NCBI GenBank assembly: GCA_944392815.1
Contig: CALXXY010000002.1
Coordinates: 64,001-128,000 of the forward strand
Reading direction: 5' to 3'
DNA from: an uncultured Alphaproteobacteria bacterium
GTDB lineage: Bacteria; Pseudomonadota; Alphaproteobacteria; Rs-D84
DNA: 64,000 bases
The notes beneath the pieces are model-generated. The model worked only from the letters and a program-made list of their open reading frames with translations, ran no database searches and was not told the origin of the DNA. This document shows, one piece after another, positions 17,792-27,555 of the stretch. How positions within the stretch are numbered: position 1 is the stretch's first letter; each line of letters begins with the position of its first letter. The translations under genes and the position numbers were made by a program.

Positions 17792-18838
17792 ATGAACGGA
17801 ATAATATTATTTATCGCATTAATTTTATTTTTGTGGTTGGGGCGTTCTATTTTAATTCCATTACTGGTGGCAACATTTTTGTGGTATTTAATCAACGCAA
17901 CCGCCACATACGTGCGTAAATTGTTCCCATTTAATAATGATGACGCACGCGCCGCCCGTCCAATTGCCGCACGCGCATTTGATTGGACATCAAATATTTT
18001 ATCGGTATTGGCCATGTGTGGGTTGCTGTATTTCTTTGCAACACAAATTCAGCCGATGTTCCGCGAATTGGTGGTGGCACTGCCCGAATTACAACACAAA
18101 TTCGTGCAATTTGGAAATTATCTGTCACAGTCATTGGGATTGCGCTTTGACGCGGGCATGATACCAAACATAGCCAACATAGCGGCCGGCATTGGCGCGT
18201 CTGTCGCCGGCATAGTAACATCCACGGGCATGATTTTGGTATACATGATATTTTTATTCGTGGAACAAAGTACATTTAACAAAAAATTTTCCGCATTAAT
18301 TACAAACAAACGCGAATATAAAAAGGCCCGCTTTATCGTCGACAGCATTGACGACAATATGAAAAAATATTTATTTATGAAAACATTGCTGTCGGGAATC
18401 ACAGGCGTGCTGTCATATTTCTGGCTGCAAATGATTGGTGTTGAATTTGCAGGAATCTGGGCATTTATCGTATTCGTCACCAGTTATATTCCAACAATCG
18501 GCGCAATCGTTGCGTGTGCATTGCCAATATTGTATTCATTGGTGACCGCCCCATCATTACAGCAACCATTATTAACGGCCGTTGGATTGATTGCACTGCA
18601 AATTATATTCGGCAATATATTGGAACCAAAATTAACGGGCAAAACTTTGAACCTGTCGACACTGGCGATATTAATAAACCTGGTATTTTGGGGAATGATT
18701 TGGGGCATTGCCGGCATGTTTTTCAGCGTACCGTTATTGGTGGCAATATTCATCATCACCGCCCAATTTGATTCCACACGTTGGATTGCGGTATTGCTGT
18801 CCGCGGACGGTAAAATCCCGGATAAAAACGAAGAATAA
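17792..18838 (+). CDS. AI-2E family transporter
   Basis: YIPTIGA, GNILEPKLTGKTLNLS, FWGMIWGIAGMFFSVPL. Confidence 0.92.
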   Translation: MNGIILFIALILFLWLGRSILIPLLVATFLWYLINATATYVRKLFPFNNDDARAARPIAARAFDWTSNILSVLAMCGLLYFFATQIQPMFRELVVALPELQHKFVQFGNYLSQSLGLRFDAGMIPNIANIAAGIGASVAGIVTSTGMILVYMIFLFVEQSTFNKKFSALITNKREYKKARFIVDSIDDNMKKYLFMKTLLSGITGVLSYFWLQMIGVEFAGIWAFIVFVTSYIPTIGAIVACALPILYSLVTAPSLQQPLLTAVGLIALQIIFGNILEPKLTGKTLNLSTLAILINLVFWGMIWGIAGMFFSVPLLVAIFIITAQFDSTRWIAVLLSADGKIPDKNEE

Positions 18839-18863
18839 AAAACGGTGCTATGTGCACCGTTTT
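18837..18863. terminator. Bidirectional terminator, related to the TATGTGCA repeat
   Basis: AAAACGGTGC-tatgt-GCACCGTTTT. Confidence 0.7.
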
Positions 18864-18875
18864 CGCCATTTTTTA

Positions 18876-19328
18876 TTATTTCAAACGACGTATAACCGCA
18901 ATCGCATTTTCCAAAATCATACGCGCAGATTCCGAATCCAACCCGCGTTTTATATCAGAAATCCGAACCCGTCCCATATTTTCCTGGGCGGCATTACTGG
19001 TCAAAGTTTCATCAATAAACGCAACCGGCAAATCGACGTATGTGCACAGTTCCGCCGCACACGCGCGAACTGCATCGGTTGTATCGGACGCAGTTCCGTC
19101 CATTCGCAATGGCAACCCAAACACTATACCAACAACATTTTCTGCAGCGGCACAATCTGCAATCTGACGCGCAATGGATTTTTCGCCCCGCCCCGATAAA
19201 ATAGCGGGTCGCACAAACACAAATTCACGCGACGCGTCCGACACAGTAATCCCCGTGCGACGTGCGCCCCAATCAACACCCAATATGCGCCCAGCGCGCG
19301 GAAAATCGTTGAAATTCGGCAAAATCAT
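18876..19328 (-). CDS. ruvX: RuvX/YqgF family nuclease
   Basis: LGVDWGARRTGITVSD, VFGLPLRMDG, DETLTS, DSESA..IL. Confidence 0.93.
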   Translation of the reverse strand: MILPNFNDFPRAGRILGVDWGARRTGITVSDASREFVFVRPAILSGRGEKSIARQIADCAAAENVVGIVFGLPLRMDGTASDTTDAVRACAAELCTYVDLPVAFIDETLTSNAAQENMGRVRISDIKRGLDSESARMILENAIAVIRRLK

Positions 19329-19379
19329 TGTATAATTTCCCCTGATGTTTTATAGATTATAAACAGAATAGGATTCAAA

Positions 19380-19673
19380 ATGGCATTTAGCAAGCAACAA
19401 TTAAAAAAATTTGCTGATTTAATACGAATTGATATATCGGACGAAAAACTGGAACAAATGAATATTGATTCAGTTATCGACTGGCTGGACAAATTACAAA
19501 AAATCGACACAACGGGCGTCGACCCAATGTTAAACCCGGCCGAACACAAACTGCCCCGCCGTACGGACGTTGTGACCGACGGCAACATTCGCGATGCAGT
19601 TTTGGCAAATGATCCGGACACAGCCGGCGTATCACGCGGCTATTTCGCAGTACCAAAAGTAATGGACGAATAA
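19380..19673 (+). CDS. gatC: Asp/Glu-tRNA amidotransferase subunit C
   Basis: IDTTGVDPM, R.DVVTDG, YFAVPKV; first gene of gatCA. Confidence 0.92.
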   Translation: MAFSKQQLKKFADLIRIDISDEKLEQMNIDSVIDWLDKLQKIDTTGVDPMLNPAEHKLPRRTDVVTDGNIRDAVLANDPDTAGVSRGYFAVPKVMDE

Positions 19674-19674
19674 A

Positions 19675-21141
19675 ATGATTGATTTAACAATTACCGAAGC
19701 ATTAGAAAAATTAAAATCGCGTGAAATCAGCGCAACAGAACTGACACACGCATATTTGGAACGTATTGAAAAATATGGTGCGGATTTAAATTGCTATATA
19801 ACAACGACGCCCGAACGTGCCCTGGCGGACGCGGCCGCGTCCGACGCACGCTATGCCGCGGGCAATCCATTGCCTCTGGACGGGATCCCCATCGCGATGA
19901 AGGATTTATTTGCCACACGCGGCATTCGCACAACCGCCGCGTCACGCATGTTGGAAAATTTTGTTCCACAATACGAATCGACCGTATCGCAAAAATTTAT
20001 CGACGCCGGCACAGTCCTGCTGGGCAAAGCGAACCTGGACGAATTCGCAATGGGCACATTCAGTAAAACAAGTTTCTTTGGCGCACCCATAAATCCATGG
20101 CAAATGGAACGCAAATTAACAGCCGGCGGTTCATCTGGCGGCACAACCAGTGCGGTTGCGTCCGGCCTGGCCATTGGCGGCACGGGCACAGACACGGGCG
20201 GTTCGATTCGTTTTCCGGCGTCCATCACCGGCCTGGTCGGAATGAAACCGACATACGGCCTGTGCAGTCGTTGGGGCTGCGTTGCATTCGCGTCCAGTTT
20301 GGACACCCCCGGCCCAATCGCCCGCACGGTTGATGATGCTGCGTTATTATTAAGTGCCATGGCCGGCCACGATCCAAAGGATTCAACCAGCGCTGATGCC
20401 GGATTTCATGCACATACACCGCTTTCACCAATTTTGGGTGACGGGAAAAAATTGCGTATCGGCATAATCAAAGAATTTGCCGACGTTGAAATTTCACCGG
20501 ACATGAAACGCATATTTGACGCACGTGTTGCCGATTTAAAATCATTGGGCGCAGACGTCGTCGAAGTATCCATACCAAACATTTTGGACGCATTGGCGGC
20601 ATACTATATCATCGCCCCGGCCGAGGCATCATCAAACCTGGCGCGCTATGACGGCATGCGTTATGGCCTGCGTGTGGACGGCACTGATTTAATCGACACA
20701 TATAAAAAGACACGCGCCGCCGGTTTCGGGACCGAAGTTCAACGCCGTATGATTATTGGCACGGCCGTGTTATCCAGCGAATCGTACGAGGTTTATTTTA
20801 TGCAGGCCGCACGCGTTCGTCGCATGATAGCAGACAGTTTCAACGCCGCATTTGAACAGTGCGACCTGATACTGTGCCCTGCGGGCGCAGGCACCGCAAT
20901 GCCATTGGATTCAGATTTAACGCCACTGGAATATTATGCGTTGGATTTGTTCACAGTTGCGATGAACCTGGCCGGTGTGCCGGCATGCAGCGTACCGGCT
21001 GGAATCGCCGAAAACGGTTTACCACTGGGCATGCAGGTTGTCGGTCGCCGCTTTGACGATATGCGCGTTATGCAATTGGCAAAACATATCGAACAATTCG
21101 CCGGCGTCGATAATCGTCCAACAAAAATAATGGGGAAATAA
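19675..21141 (+). CDS. gatA: Glu-tRNA amidotransferase subunit A
   Basis: Amidase signature GGSSGG, GTDTGGSIRFPAS, SSNLARYDG. Confidence 0.97.
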   Translation: MIDLTITEALEKLKSREISATELTHAYLERIEKYGADLNCYITTTPERALADAAASDARYAAGNPLPLDGIPIAMKDLFATRGIRTTAASRMLENFVPQYESTVSQKFIDAGTVLLGKANLDEFAMGTFSKTSFFGAPINPWQMERKLTAGGSSGGTTSAVASGLAIGGTGTDTGGSIRFPASITGLVGMKPTYGLCSRWGCVAFASSLDTPGPIARTVDDAALLLSAMAGHDPKDSTSADAGFHAHTPLSPILGDGKKLRIGIIKEFADVEISPDMKRIFDARVADLKSLGADVVEVSIPNILDALAAYYIIAPAEASSNLARYDGMRYGLRVDGTDLIDTYKKTRAAGFGTEVQRRMIIGTAVLSSESYEVYFMQAARVRRMIADSFNAAFEQCDLILCPAGAGTAMPLDSDLTPLEYYALDLFTVAMNLAGVPACSVPAGIAENGLPLGMQVVGRRFDDMRVMQLAKHIEQFAGVDNRPTKIMGK

Positions 21142-21145
21142 AAAA

Positions 21146-21221
21146 TGGTGGCCAGAAGTGGAATCGAACCACTGACACAGGGATTTTCAGTCCCTTGCTC
21201 TACCAACTGAGCTATCTGGCC
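21146..21221 (-). tRNA. tRNA-Phe(GAA)
   Basis: GGCCAGA/TCTGGCC acceptor stem, D loop AGTTGGTA, anticodon arm GGGA-CTGAAAA-TCCC, GGTTCGATTCC, encoded CCA; 76 nt. Confidence 0.97.
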
Positions 21222-21275
21222 AACGTGAGACGAATAATAAAGTACCAAACGACAAAAAGCAAGGAAAAATAAAAA

Positions 21276-22799
21276 ATGTTTACGATAAAGGGCAAAACAA
21301 CAGATTGGGAATTGGTTATCGGACTAGAAACGCATATAGAGGTTCTGTCCCACAGCAAACTGTTCAGCGGTGCGTCCGCGGACTATAACCCGTCGATTTC
21401 CCCCAATACCCAGGTATCAATGGTTGATGTCGCCATGCCTGGCATGTTGCCGGTATTAAACGAATACTGCGTTGAACAGGCGATTAAAATGGGACTGGGC
21501 CTGAATGCAGAAATATCCCGCCGCAGTAAATTTGCCCGCAAACAATATTTTTACCCTGACCTGCCCCAGGGATATCAGATTTCCCAACCGGCCGAAGAAC
21601 CACCAATCGTTGGCCGCGGCTGGGTTGAAATTATGGGTGATGACGGCAACCCGAAAAAGATTTTAATCGAACGCGCACATTTGGAACAGGACGCCGGAAA
21701 ATTAAAACACGATATGCACCCAACAAAATCATTTGCGGACTATAATCGTACGGGTGTAGCCCTGTTGGAAATTGTAACGTTCCTGGATACAAAAAATCCT
21801 GAAAACAATTCATATATATCGTCCCCGGACGAGGCCGAACGCTATCTGCGCGAAATTCGTGAAATCGCACGCGCCCTGGGCGTATCCAAGGCAAATATGG
21901 AGGAAGGATCCATGCGTGCCGACGTTAATGTATCTGTGCGCCCCGTGGGCAGCCAAGAATTCCGCACACGTACAGAAACAAAAAACATGGTGTCATTCAA
22001 ATTTATTAAATCCGCCATTGAGTACGAGGCCCGCCGTCAAATCGAAATATACGAAAACGGTGGCACCGTGTCCCAGGACACAATGCGCTATTCCCAGGCC
22101 GATGGAACAACATCGGTCATGCGCAGCAAAGAAGACGCACTGGATTACCGCTATTTCCCGGATCCAGATTTATTGCCACTGGAAATTTCCGACGATATGA
22201 TTGAACGTATTCGCAGTACCATGCCGGAACTGCCGGCGGCGACCCGCGCGCGCTATGTGCATGATTTCGGGCTGTCTGAATATGATGCCGCGCGTCTGAC
22301 CGAAACAACGGACATATCAAAATGGTTTGATGCGGCGGTTGGAAACAACCCAAAACGCGCGAAATCCATCGCGAATTGGATGATTTCTGAATTGTTCGCA
22401 CACCCCGAAAATTGGGACACAAAAAACGCGCTGGATACATCTGAGTGCGGCACAGCGCGGATTATCACACCATCTGATTTGGCCGAATTGGTCGATATGA
22501 TTGCCGAAAATGCAATCAATGGAAAACAGGCCAAGGAAATATTTACCAAAATGTTAGACGGTGAAACGGGCACCCCGCGCGCAATTGCCGAAAAATTTGG
22601 TATGCAACAAATTACCGATACCGCCGCAATCGAATCGGTTGTGGACGATGTAATCGCCAAAAACGCGCCCCAGGTTGAACAATACAAATCTGGCAAAACA
22701 GGATTGTTCGGATTCTTTGTTGGTGCGGTTATGAAATCAACCGGTGGCCAGGCGAATCCAGCAGTTGTAAATGAAATTCTGCGTAAAAAATTGTCGTAA
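21276..22799 (+). CDS. gatB: Asp/Glu-tRNA amidotransferase subunit B
   Basis: IGLETH, YFYPDLPQGYQISQ, MRADVNVSVR, DYRYFPDPDL, GFFVGAVMK. Confidence 0.97.
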   Translation: MFTIKGKTTDWELVIGLETHIEVLSHSKLFSGASADYNPSISPNTQVSMVDVAMPGMLPVLNEYCVEQAIKMGLGLNAEISRRSKFARKQYFYPDLPQGYQISQPAEEPPIVGRGWVEIMGDDGNPKKILIERAHLEQDAGKLKHDMHPTKSFADYNRTGVALLEIVTFLDTKNPENNSYISSPDEAERYLREIREIARALGVSKANMEEGSMRADVNVSVRPVGSQEFRTRTETKNMVSFKFIKSAIEYEARRQIEIYENGGTVSQDTMRYSQADGTTSVMRSKEDALDYRYFPDPDLLPLEISDDMIERIRSTMPELPAATRARYVHDFGLSEYDAARLTETTDISKWFDAAVGNNPKRAKSIANWMISELFAHPENWDTKNALDTSECGTARIITPSDLAELVDMIAENAINGKQAKEIFTKMLDGETGTPRAIAEKFGMQQITDTAAIESVVDDVIAKNAPQVEQYKSGKTGLFGFFVGAVMKSTGGQANPAVVNEILRKKLS

Positions 22800-22817
22800 T
22801 AATCAAAAGGAAAAAAT

Positions 22818-22985
22818 ATGCGTTTCGTCACAATTATCGAAGATGATCCAATCACAGGCGTGAAATATGGCCCAGTTGAAATTCCATTTTCCAACGTGCC
22901 AAAGCATGAAGTTATCCGCCGCATAAAAAACATTCAGGCAATCAAAGCAAAACAAATTCGTGCCGAAAAACAAAAGAATAAATAA
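22818..22985 (+). CDS. Small hypothetical protein (55 aa), absent from ORF track
   Basis: AAAGGA RBS; MRFVTIIEDDPITGVKYGPVEIPFSNVPKHEVIRRIKNIQAIKAKQIRAEKQKNK; fills the gatB-miaB gap. Confidence 0.7.
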   Translation: MRFVTIIEDDPITGVKYGPVEIPFSNVPKHEVIRRIKNIQAIKAKQIRAEKQKNK

Positions 22986-22988
22986 ACG

Positions 22989-24290
22989 ATGAAAAAATTT
23001 TTCATTCACACATTCGGCTGTCAAATGAATGTCTATGACGGCCAGCGGATTGCGTCCATGTTGCGCGGTCGCGGATACACGCAAACCGACGATTACACCG
23101 ACGCAGATATTATCATATTAAACACATGCGCCGTCCGCGCCAAGGCAACTGATAAAGTATTCAGCGCACTGGGGCGCATACGCACAGAAAAACGCCCCGA
23201 CGCATTAATGGGCATAGTCGGCTGTGTCGCGCGCGAATCGGGCGCTGACGCATTTCGGCGCGTACCCGAATTAAATTTTGTTTTGGGCCCCCAAAGTTAT
23301 CATAAATTACCGGAAATTTTGGAAAACCCGGACGCCCGCCTGTTTAACATTGACCTGGGCGGCCTGGAAAAATTTGATGAAATGCCACAAATGGACGCGT
23401 CCCCCGCGGTTGCCTATATCCCAATCCAAGAGGGCTGCAATCATTGCTGTACATACTGCATAGTACCCTATACGCGCGGCCGGGAAATATCACGCCCATT
23501 TGACGACGTTGTGCGCGACACTGTTCACGCCGCCAACACAGGCGCGATTGAAATATGCTTTTTGGGCCAAAATGTGAACGGATACAAATACACCGACGCA
23601 AACGGCAAAATATATCGTCTGTCGGATTTGATTCATGCGGCCGCCAAATTGGACGCCATTAAACGCATCAGATTCACATCCAGTTATCCAACCGAAATGA
23701 CCGATGATTTAATCGACATGTTCCGCACCGAGGCAAAACTGTTGCCTTTTTTAAACATGCCTATACAAAGCGGGTCGCAAAATGTATTGACAAAGATGAA
23801 CCGTCCATACACGTTAAATCTATATATAGATATAGTTGACAAATTAAAATCCGCCCGCCCAGATGTTCAAATTTCCAGCGATTTTATTGTCGGGTTCCCG
23901 GGTGAATCAGATGATGATTTTGAACAAACTTTGGAAATCGCGCGACGCATAAAATATATCAATTCGTTTTCATTCAAATATTCGCCCCGCCCACATACCG
24001 CGGCGGCCGTTATGCCGAACCAGATACCTGAAAAAATCAAATCCCAGCGGTTATATAAATTGGACGAATTGCTAAACGAAATCCAGCGCGAATTCAATGA
24101 ATCATGTATCGACAGCGAATTGGAATGCCTGGCCGAGGGTCCCGATAAAACCGGACAAAACACTATTTATCGTACCCCATATATGCAGCAATGCATCGTA
24201 AACATTCCTGCCGATACAGCACCACAATTGGCAAAAATAAAAATTACAGCGGCCAACAAAGCGTCACTGCGCGGGAACATTATGGATTAA
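22989..24290 (+). CDS. miaB: tRNA methylthiotransferase MiaB
   Basis: TFGCQMNVYD, NTCAVR, radical SAM CNHCCTYC, SSDFIVGFPGE, FKYSPRP. Confidence 0.95.
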   Translation: MKKFFIHTFGCQMNVYDGQRIASMLRGRGYTQTDDYTDADIIILNTCAVRAKATDKVFSALGRIRTEKRPDALMGIVGCVARESGADAFRRVPELNFVLGPQSYHKLPEILENPDARLFNIDLGGLEKFDEMPQMDASPAVAYIPIQEGCNHCCTYCIVPYTRGREISRPFDDVVRDTVHAANTGAIEICFLGQNVNGYKYTDANGKIYRLSDLIHAAAKLDAIKRIRFTSSYPTEMTDDLIDMFRTEAKLLPFLNMPIQSGSQNVLTKMNRPYTLNLYIDIVDKLKSARPDVQISSDFIVGFPGESDDDFEQTLEIARRIKYINSFSFKYSPRPHTAAAVMPNQIPEKIKSQRLYKLDELLNEIQREFNESCIDSELECLAEGPDKTGQNTIYRTPYMQQCIVNIPADTAPQLAKIKITAANKASLRGNIMD

Positions 24291-25822
24291 AAGCCCATAC
24301 CAAAACCCAACCCAAATTTTACCCCGGCGCCAACCGCATCGTCGTATATAAAACCAACACTGATATTGCCGCCAATTCCGTCCATGGGCGACGCAACCTG
24401 CATTTGTACATCGGCATTCACTGTGCCGCGCGCATCAGCACTGACCGTGGCGCCATATTTATATTCCAAATCAAAATCACCGTTAACATCAAACATTATA
24501 TTGGCACCACCACCAATAATAAAATCAGTGTCTGTTGCGTTGGTAATTTTTACCCAATCGGCGCCAACACGAACAAACGGCGTTAATACAATATCGGACG
24601 ACAAATCGAAATTCACCCCGACATCAGAAATCAAATACATGGACAATCCCAGCGGATCTGTCACGGTATCATGCCCATCAAACACAGGCCCGATATTAAA
24701 ATCTGCAACGGTCACACCCGCCAATGCACGTGCAAAAATCAAATCACCAAAATACGCTATGTGCACGTTTCCGCCGTACAGCGCGGATTTATATTCATCA
24801 AAATTATCTGCATAATCCATACTGACCACATATCCAGAAATCCCAAACGTAAAATCATGTCCGGCATTGTATACCTTGTCAATCGCAACACCAAACGCGT
24901 CCATATTATTTGACATTACCGCCAACGGCGCAACGGACAACGTTGCCGTACGTTGTGGCAAACGCGCCATCATAACCGAATCCATCACGCGCACAGAATC
25001 CATCAACAACATCGGCGTCATACGCGCAGATTGTGCCAACACAGAATTAATCTCATCAACACTGGCCGCCCTGTCCACAGCGGCAATCAATCTGTCATTT
25101 GGATTTGCCGCGCGCAATTCATTCAAAAACAGACCTGCACCGTTATTCAAAACCTTGGCATAATCGGTATCGCGCACAATATCCACATATAACGACCCAC
25201 CACGAATTTGCGCATTCACCCGATACAGCGAATTATTCGCTGTACCCAAAACCTGAACCACGCCATTCGTACTGGCGTCTATGTTATTCAACACAAAACC
25301 ATCGACCAAATCGGCTGAATTATCAACATAAAACACAGTGTTGCCATGCAATTTCAAATTTTCAAACGCCCCACTGTCAATCGCGCTGTCCACCAGTAAT
25401 GCCGAATCGGTCACCGTTATAAAATCTGCACCATTGGCAATTTCCGCCAACTCAGACAAAGAAATCGCATCACCAAAATCATTTTGCACAACAATTTCAA
25501 AATTTTTATTTACGTCACCAATGAAATTAACATCTGAATCGCTGTTAATAATTTGCACAACACGCGCAGTATCACTCGCGATAATATCGGCACTCATTTG
25601 TCCGCTGTTTTGAATATACAGCGTCCGCCCAGACGCAACATTTATGCGCCCGGTAAAATCGCCTTGGTTCACAATGGTCACGGTGGCGGTTATATTTATA
25701 TCATCATGCACAGATTGCCCCGATGAAATATACATATCCCGACCAACATCCATGCCAAACGCAGCGCGCCCCACAGCACAAACACCAATAAAAGCGACAA
25801 TGAAAATATTTTCCAGTTTCAT
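24287..25822 (-). CDS. Autotransporter-like outer membrane protein
   Basis: Signal peptide, beta-rich passenger, helical linker, amphipathic beta strands ending in Phe; start uncertain (25822 or 25837). Confidence 0.6.
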   Translation of the reverse strand: MKLENIFIVAFIGVCAVGRAAFGMDVGRDMYISSGQSVHDDINITATVTIVNQGDFTGRINVASGRTLYIQNSGQMSADIIASDTARVVQIINSDSDVNFIGDVNKNFEIVVQNDFGDAISLSELAEIANGADFITVTDSALLVDSAIDSGAFENLKLHGNTVFYVDNSADLVDGFVLNNIDASTNGVVQVLGTANNSLYRVNAQIRGGSLYVDIVRDTDYAKVLNNGAGLFLNELRAANPNDRLIAAVDRAASVDEINSVLAQSARMTPMLLMDSVRVMDSVMMARLPQRTATLSVAPLAVMSNNMDAFGVAIDKVYNAGHDFTFGISGYVVSMDYADNFDEYKSALYGGNVHIAYFGDLIFARALAGVTVADFNIGPVFDGHDTVTDPLGLSMYLISDVGVNFDLSSDIVLTPFVRVGADWVKITNATDTDFIIGGGANIMFDVNGDFDLEYKYGATVSADARGTVNADVQMQVASPMDGIGGNISVGFIYDDAVGAGVKFGLGFGMGF

Positions 25823-25921
25823 AATGTTGAACAGCATAACACACAGGAAATATTTCTTAAAGTGTTTTTATTAAAAAAACAACCCCGAAAAAATCGGGGT
25901 TGCATACATGCCGGACAACTT

Positions 25922-26467
25922 TTATAACATTACGCCCTTTTCCAACGTGCCCCAACCGGCTTTGTACCCGCCGTCACGTTCCAGATAAATTTTGGCGTTA
26001 TTCAATTGTTCCGCGGTCAGCCCACGAATGATGAACGATTCTTTCAAACGGCCACCAGATTTTTGTGAACTTAACGTCGGGAAATTAACAGACATCGGTT
26101 CTTTGTCGCAACACATGCTGTTGTTGTTGCAACTGCTGCACTGGTGCACGCGCACAGTATACACTTTGCCCGGGCGTAAATCTTTGACGTCTACCTCCAT
26201 TTTCAGGCCAGCGTCTGTTTCATAAAACTTGATATAACCCATTCTGGATTCACCGCCATGACTGCTGTGCGTATACATTTTTGCATGCACATGCGTCACA
26301 TCAGAATCTTCGTATGTCTGATAAAACACAACCGTTTCTGTCGGTTGCGGCACAGGTTTTGGTTGTGGTTTGGCCTTTTTCTGGCCACAGCCCGCACACC
26401 CCGACAACAATACCACGACACCCAATGCAGATGTCAGGATCAACATTTTCTTTACTATATTTTTCAT
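25922..26467 (-). CDS. Lipoprotein with Cu/Zn-SOD-like fold lacking most metal ligands
   Basis: Lipobox LSG-C; GYIKFYET..GL.MEVDVKDLRPG..Y.VRVHQ..SC resembles the SodC N-terminal half. Confidence 0.6.
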   Translation of the reverse strand: MKNIVKKMLILTSALGVVVLLSGCAGCGQKKAKPQPKPVPQPTETVVFYQTYEDSDVTHVHAKMYTHSSHGGESRMGYIKFYETDAGLKMEVDVKDLRPGKVYTVRVHQCSSCNNNSMCCDKEPMSVNFPTLSSQKSGGRLKESFIIRGLTAEQLNNAKIYLERDGGYKAGWGTLEKGVML

Positions 26468-26502
26468 ATAAATCTCCTTTGGTTTAATATTTTATATTTT
26501 CA

Positions 26503-26532
26503 CGCATGCAGCGGAATCATGCACATAGCGCG
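26503..26532 (-). repeat. Intergenic copy of the TATGTGCA palindromic element
   Basis: Reverse strand CGCGCTATGTGCA-tgattccgc-TGCATGCG; 16 nt identical to 473-488 and 18 nt identical to 22249-22266. Confidence 0.75.
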
Positions 26533-26590
26533 ATTTGGCGCGGTAAAAATCCGTTCATATATCATGACGGATTTTACCGCCACCCCCGGG

Positions 26591-27202
26591 TTAAAACATG
26601 AATCTGATACCAATATCACCACCGAAATTATGCAGGCCCGAATTCACGTCCACATAGTTATAACGTGCGGCAATATCAACAGCAATACGTTCCAAATCGA
26701 ATGTCACGCCCAACGCACCCATCGCTGAAAAACGTGTTTTGCTTTCGCTGTGGTCGCCAACCGTGGGCACATCGCGGCTGACGTCTGTAAACGCCACACC
26801 GGCACCCAATCCAAAGAACGGACGCACAATATGATATCCACCGAATTCCCAATATGTGTTCCACAACAACGTTTGCATTTTGGATTCAACCTTGACATCA
26901 TCGGCCAATCCGAATTTCGCGCTGTCTTTGGCCTTGCTGTAAATAGACCATTCGATTTCAGAACGCACAGTATCGCACACTTCCAAACCTAATGCGACAC
27001 GCCCCTGAAATACCATATCAGCCATGGTATCTTTGTGACCATTAAAACCATAATTCAAAGTATTATAACTGGCACCGCCACGCAGCCCAATGTACGGATC
27101 CAATCCGAACAGTTGCCAACTGGTGTCGTACGGATCGCGCCCTGCTGCAAACGCTGGGCACGCAATCAGCACCGCCAGCGTTGATATAACTATTTTTTTC
27201 AT
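26591..27202 (-). CDS. Small outer membrane beta-barrel protein (opacity/porin-like)
   Basis: Signal peptide (PAFA), PYIGLRGG, RPFFGLGAGVA, C-terminal GIRFMF. Confidence 0.85.
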   Translation of the reverse strand: MKKIVISTLAVLIACPAFAAGRDPYDTSWQLFGLDPYIGLRGGASYNTLNYGFNGHKDTMADMVFQGRVALGLEVCDTVRSEIEWSIYSKAKDSAKFGLADDVKVESKMQTLLWNTYWEFGGYHIVRPFFGLGAGVAFTDVSRDVPTVGDHSESKTRFSAMGALGVTFDLERIAVDIAARYNYVDVNSGLHNFGGDIGIRFMF

Positions 27203-27340
27203 TTTCTCTCTCCTTTGTTAGGGTTGTTATAAATTAAATGTTTCATGTCAACACTGTGATTTTATCAAAGAAACTCGGAACTTTACACAGGCATGAATCC
27301 CTATTTGCCGCGCCCCAACCGGCCGCCAGAATAAATGCCC

Positions 27341-27368
27341 TTGCATTCGGTTAAAAAAGTTCTATAAT
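27341..27368 (+). promoter_or_regulatory. Sigma70 promoter of tRNA-Lys
   Basis: TTGCAT-16 nt-TATAAT followed by a GC-rich discriminator. Confidence 0.65.
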
Positions 27369-27394
27369 TGGCGCATTCTGAAACAAAAGGACCC

Positions 27395-27470
27395 GGGTGC
27401 ATAGCTCAGTTGGTAGAGCAACTGACTCTTAATCAGTGGGTCCAGGGTTCGAGTCCCTGTGCGCCCACCA
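27395..27470 (+). tRNA. tRNA-Lys(CTT)
   Basis: GGGTGCA/TGCGCCC acceptor, anticodon arm CTGA-CTCTTAA-TCAG, GGTTCGAGTCC, CCA; 76 nt. Confidence 0.97.
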
Positions 27471-27555
27471 CAAAATTTCGTTAACGAACGAAGTGAGTTT
27501 AAGAAATTTTAGTGCCACACGAAGCATTCCGCGAAGTGTGGCTTTTATTTACAAA

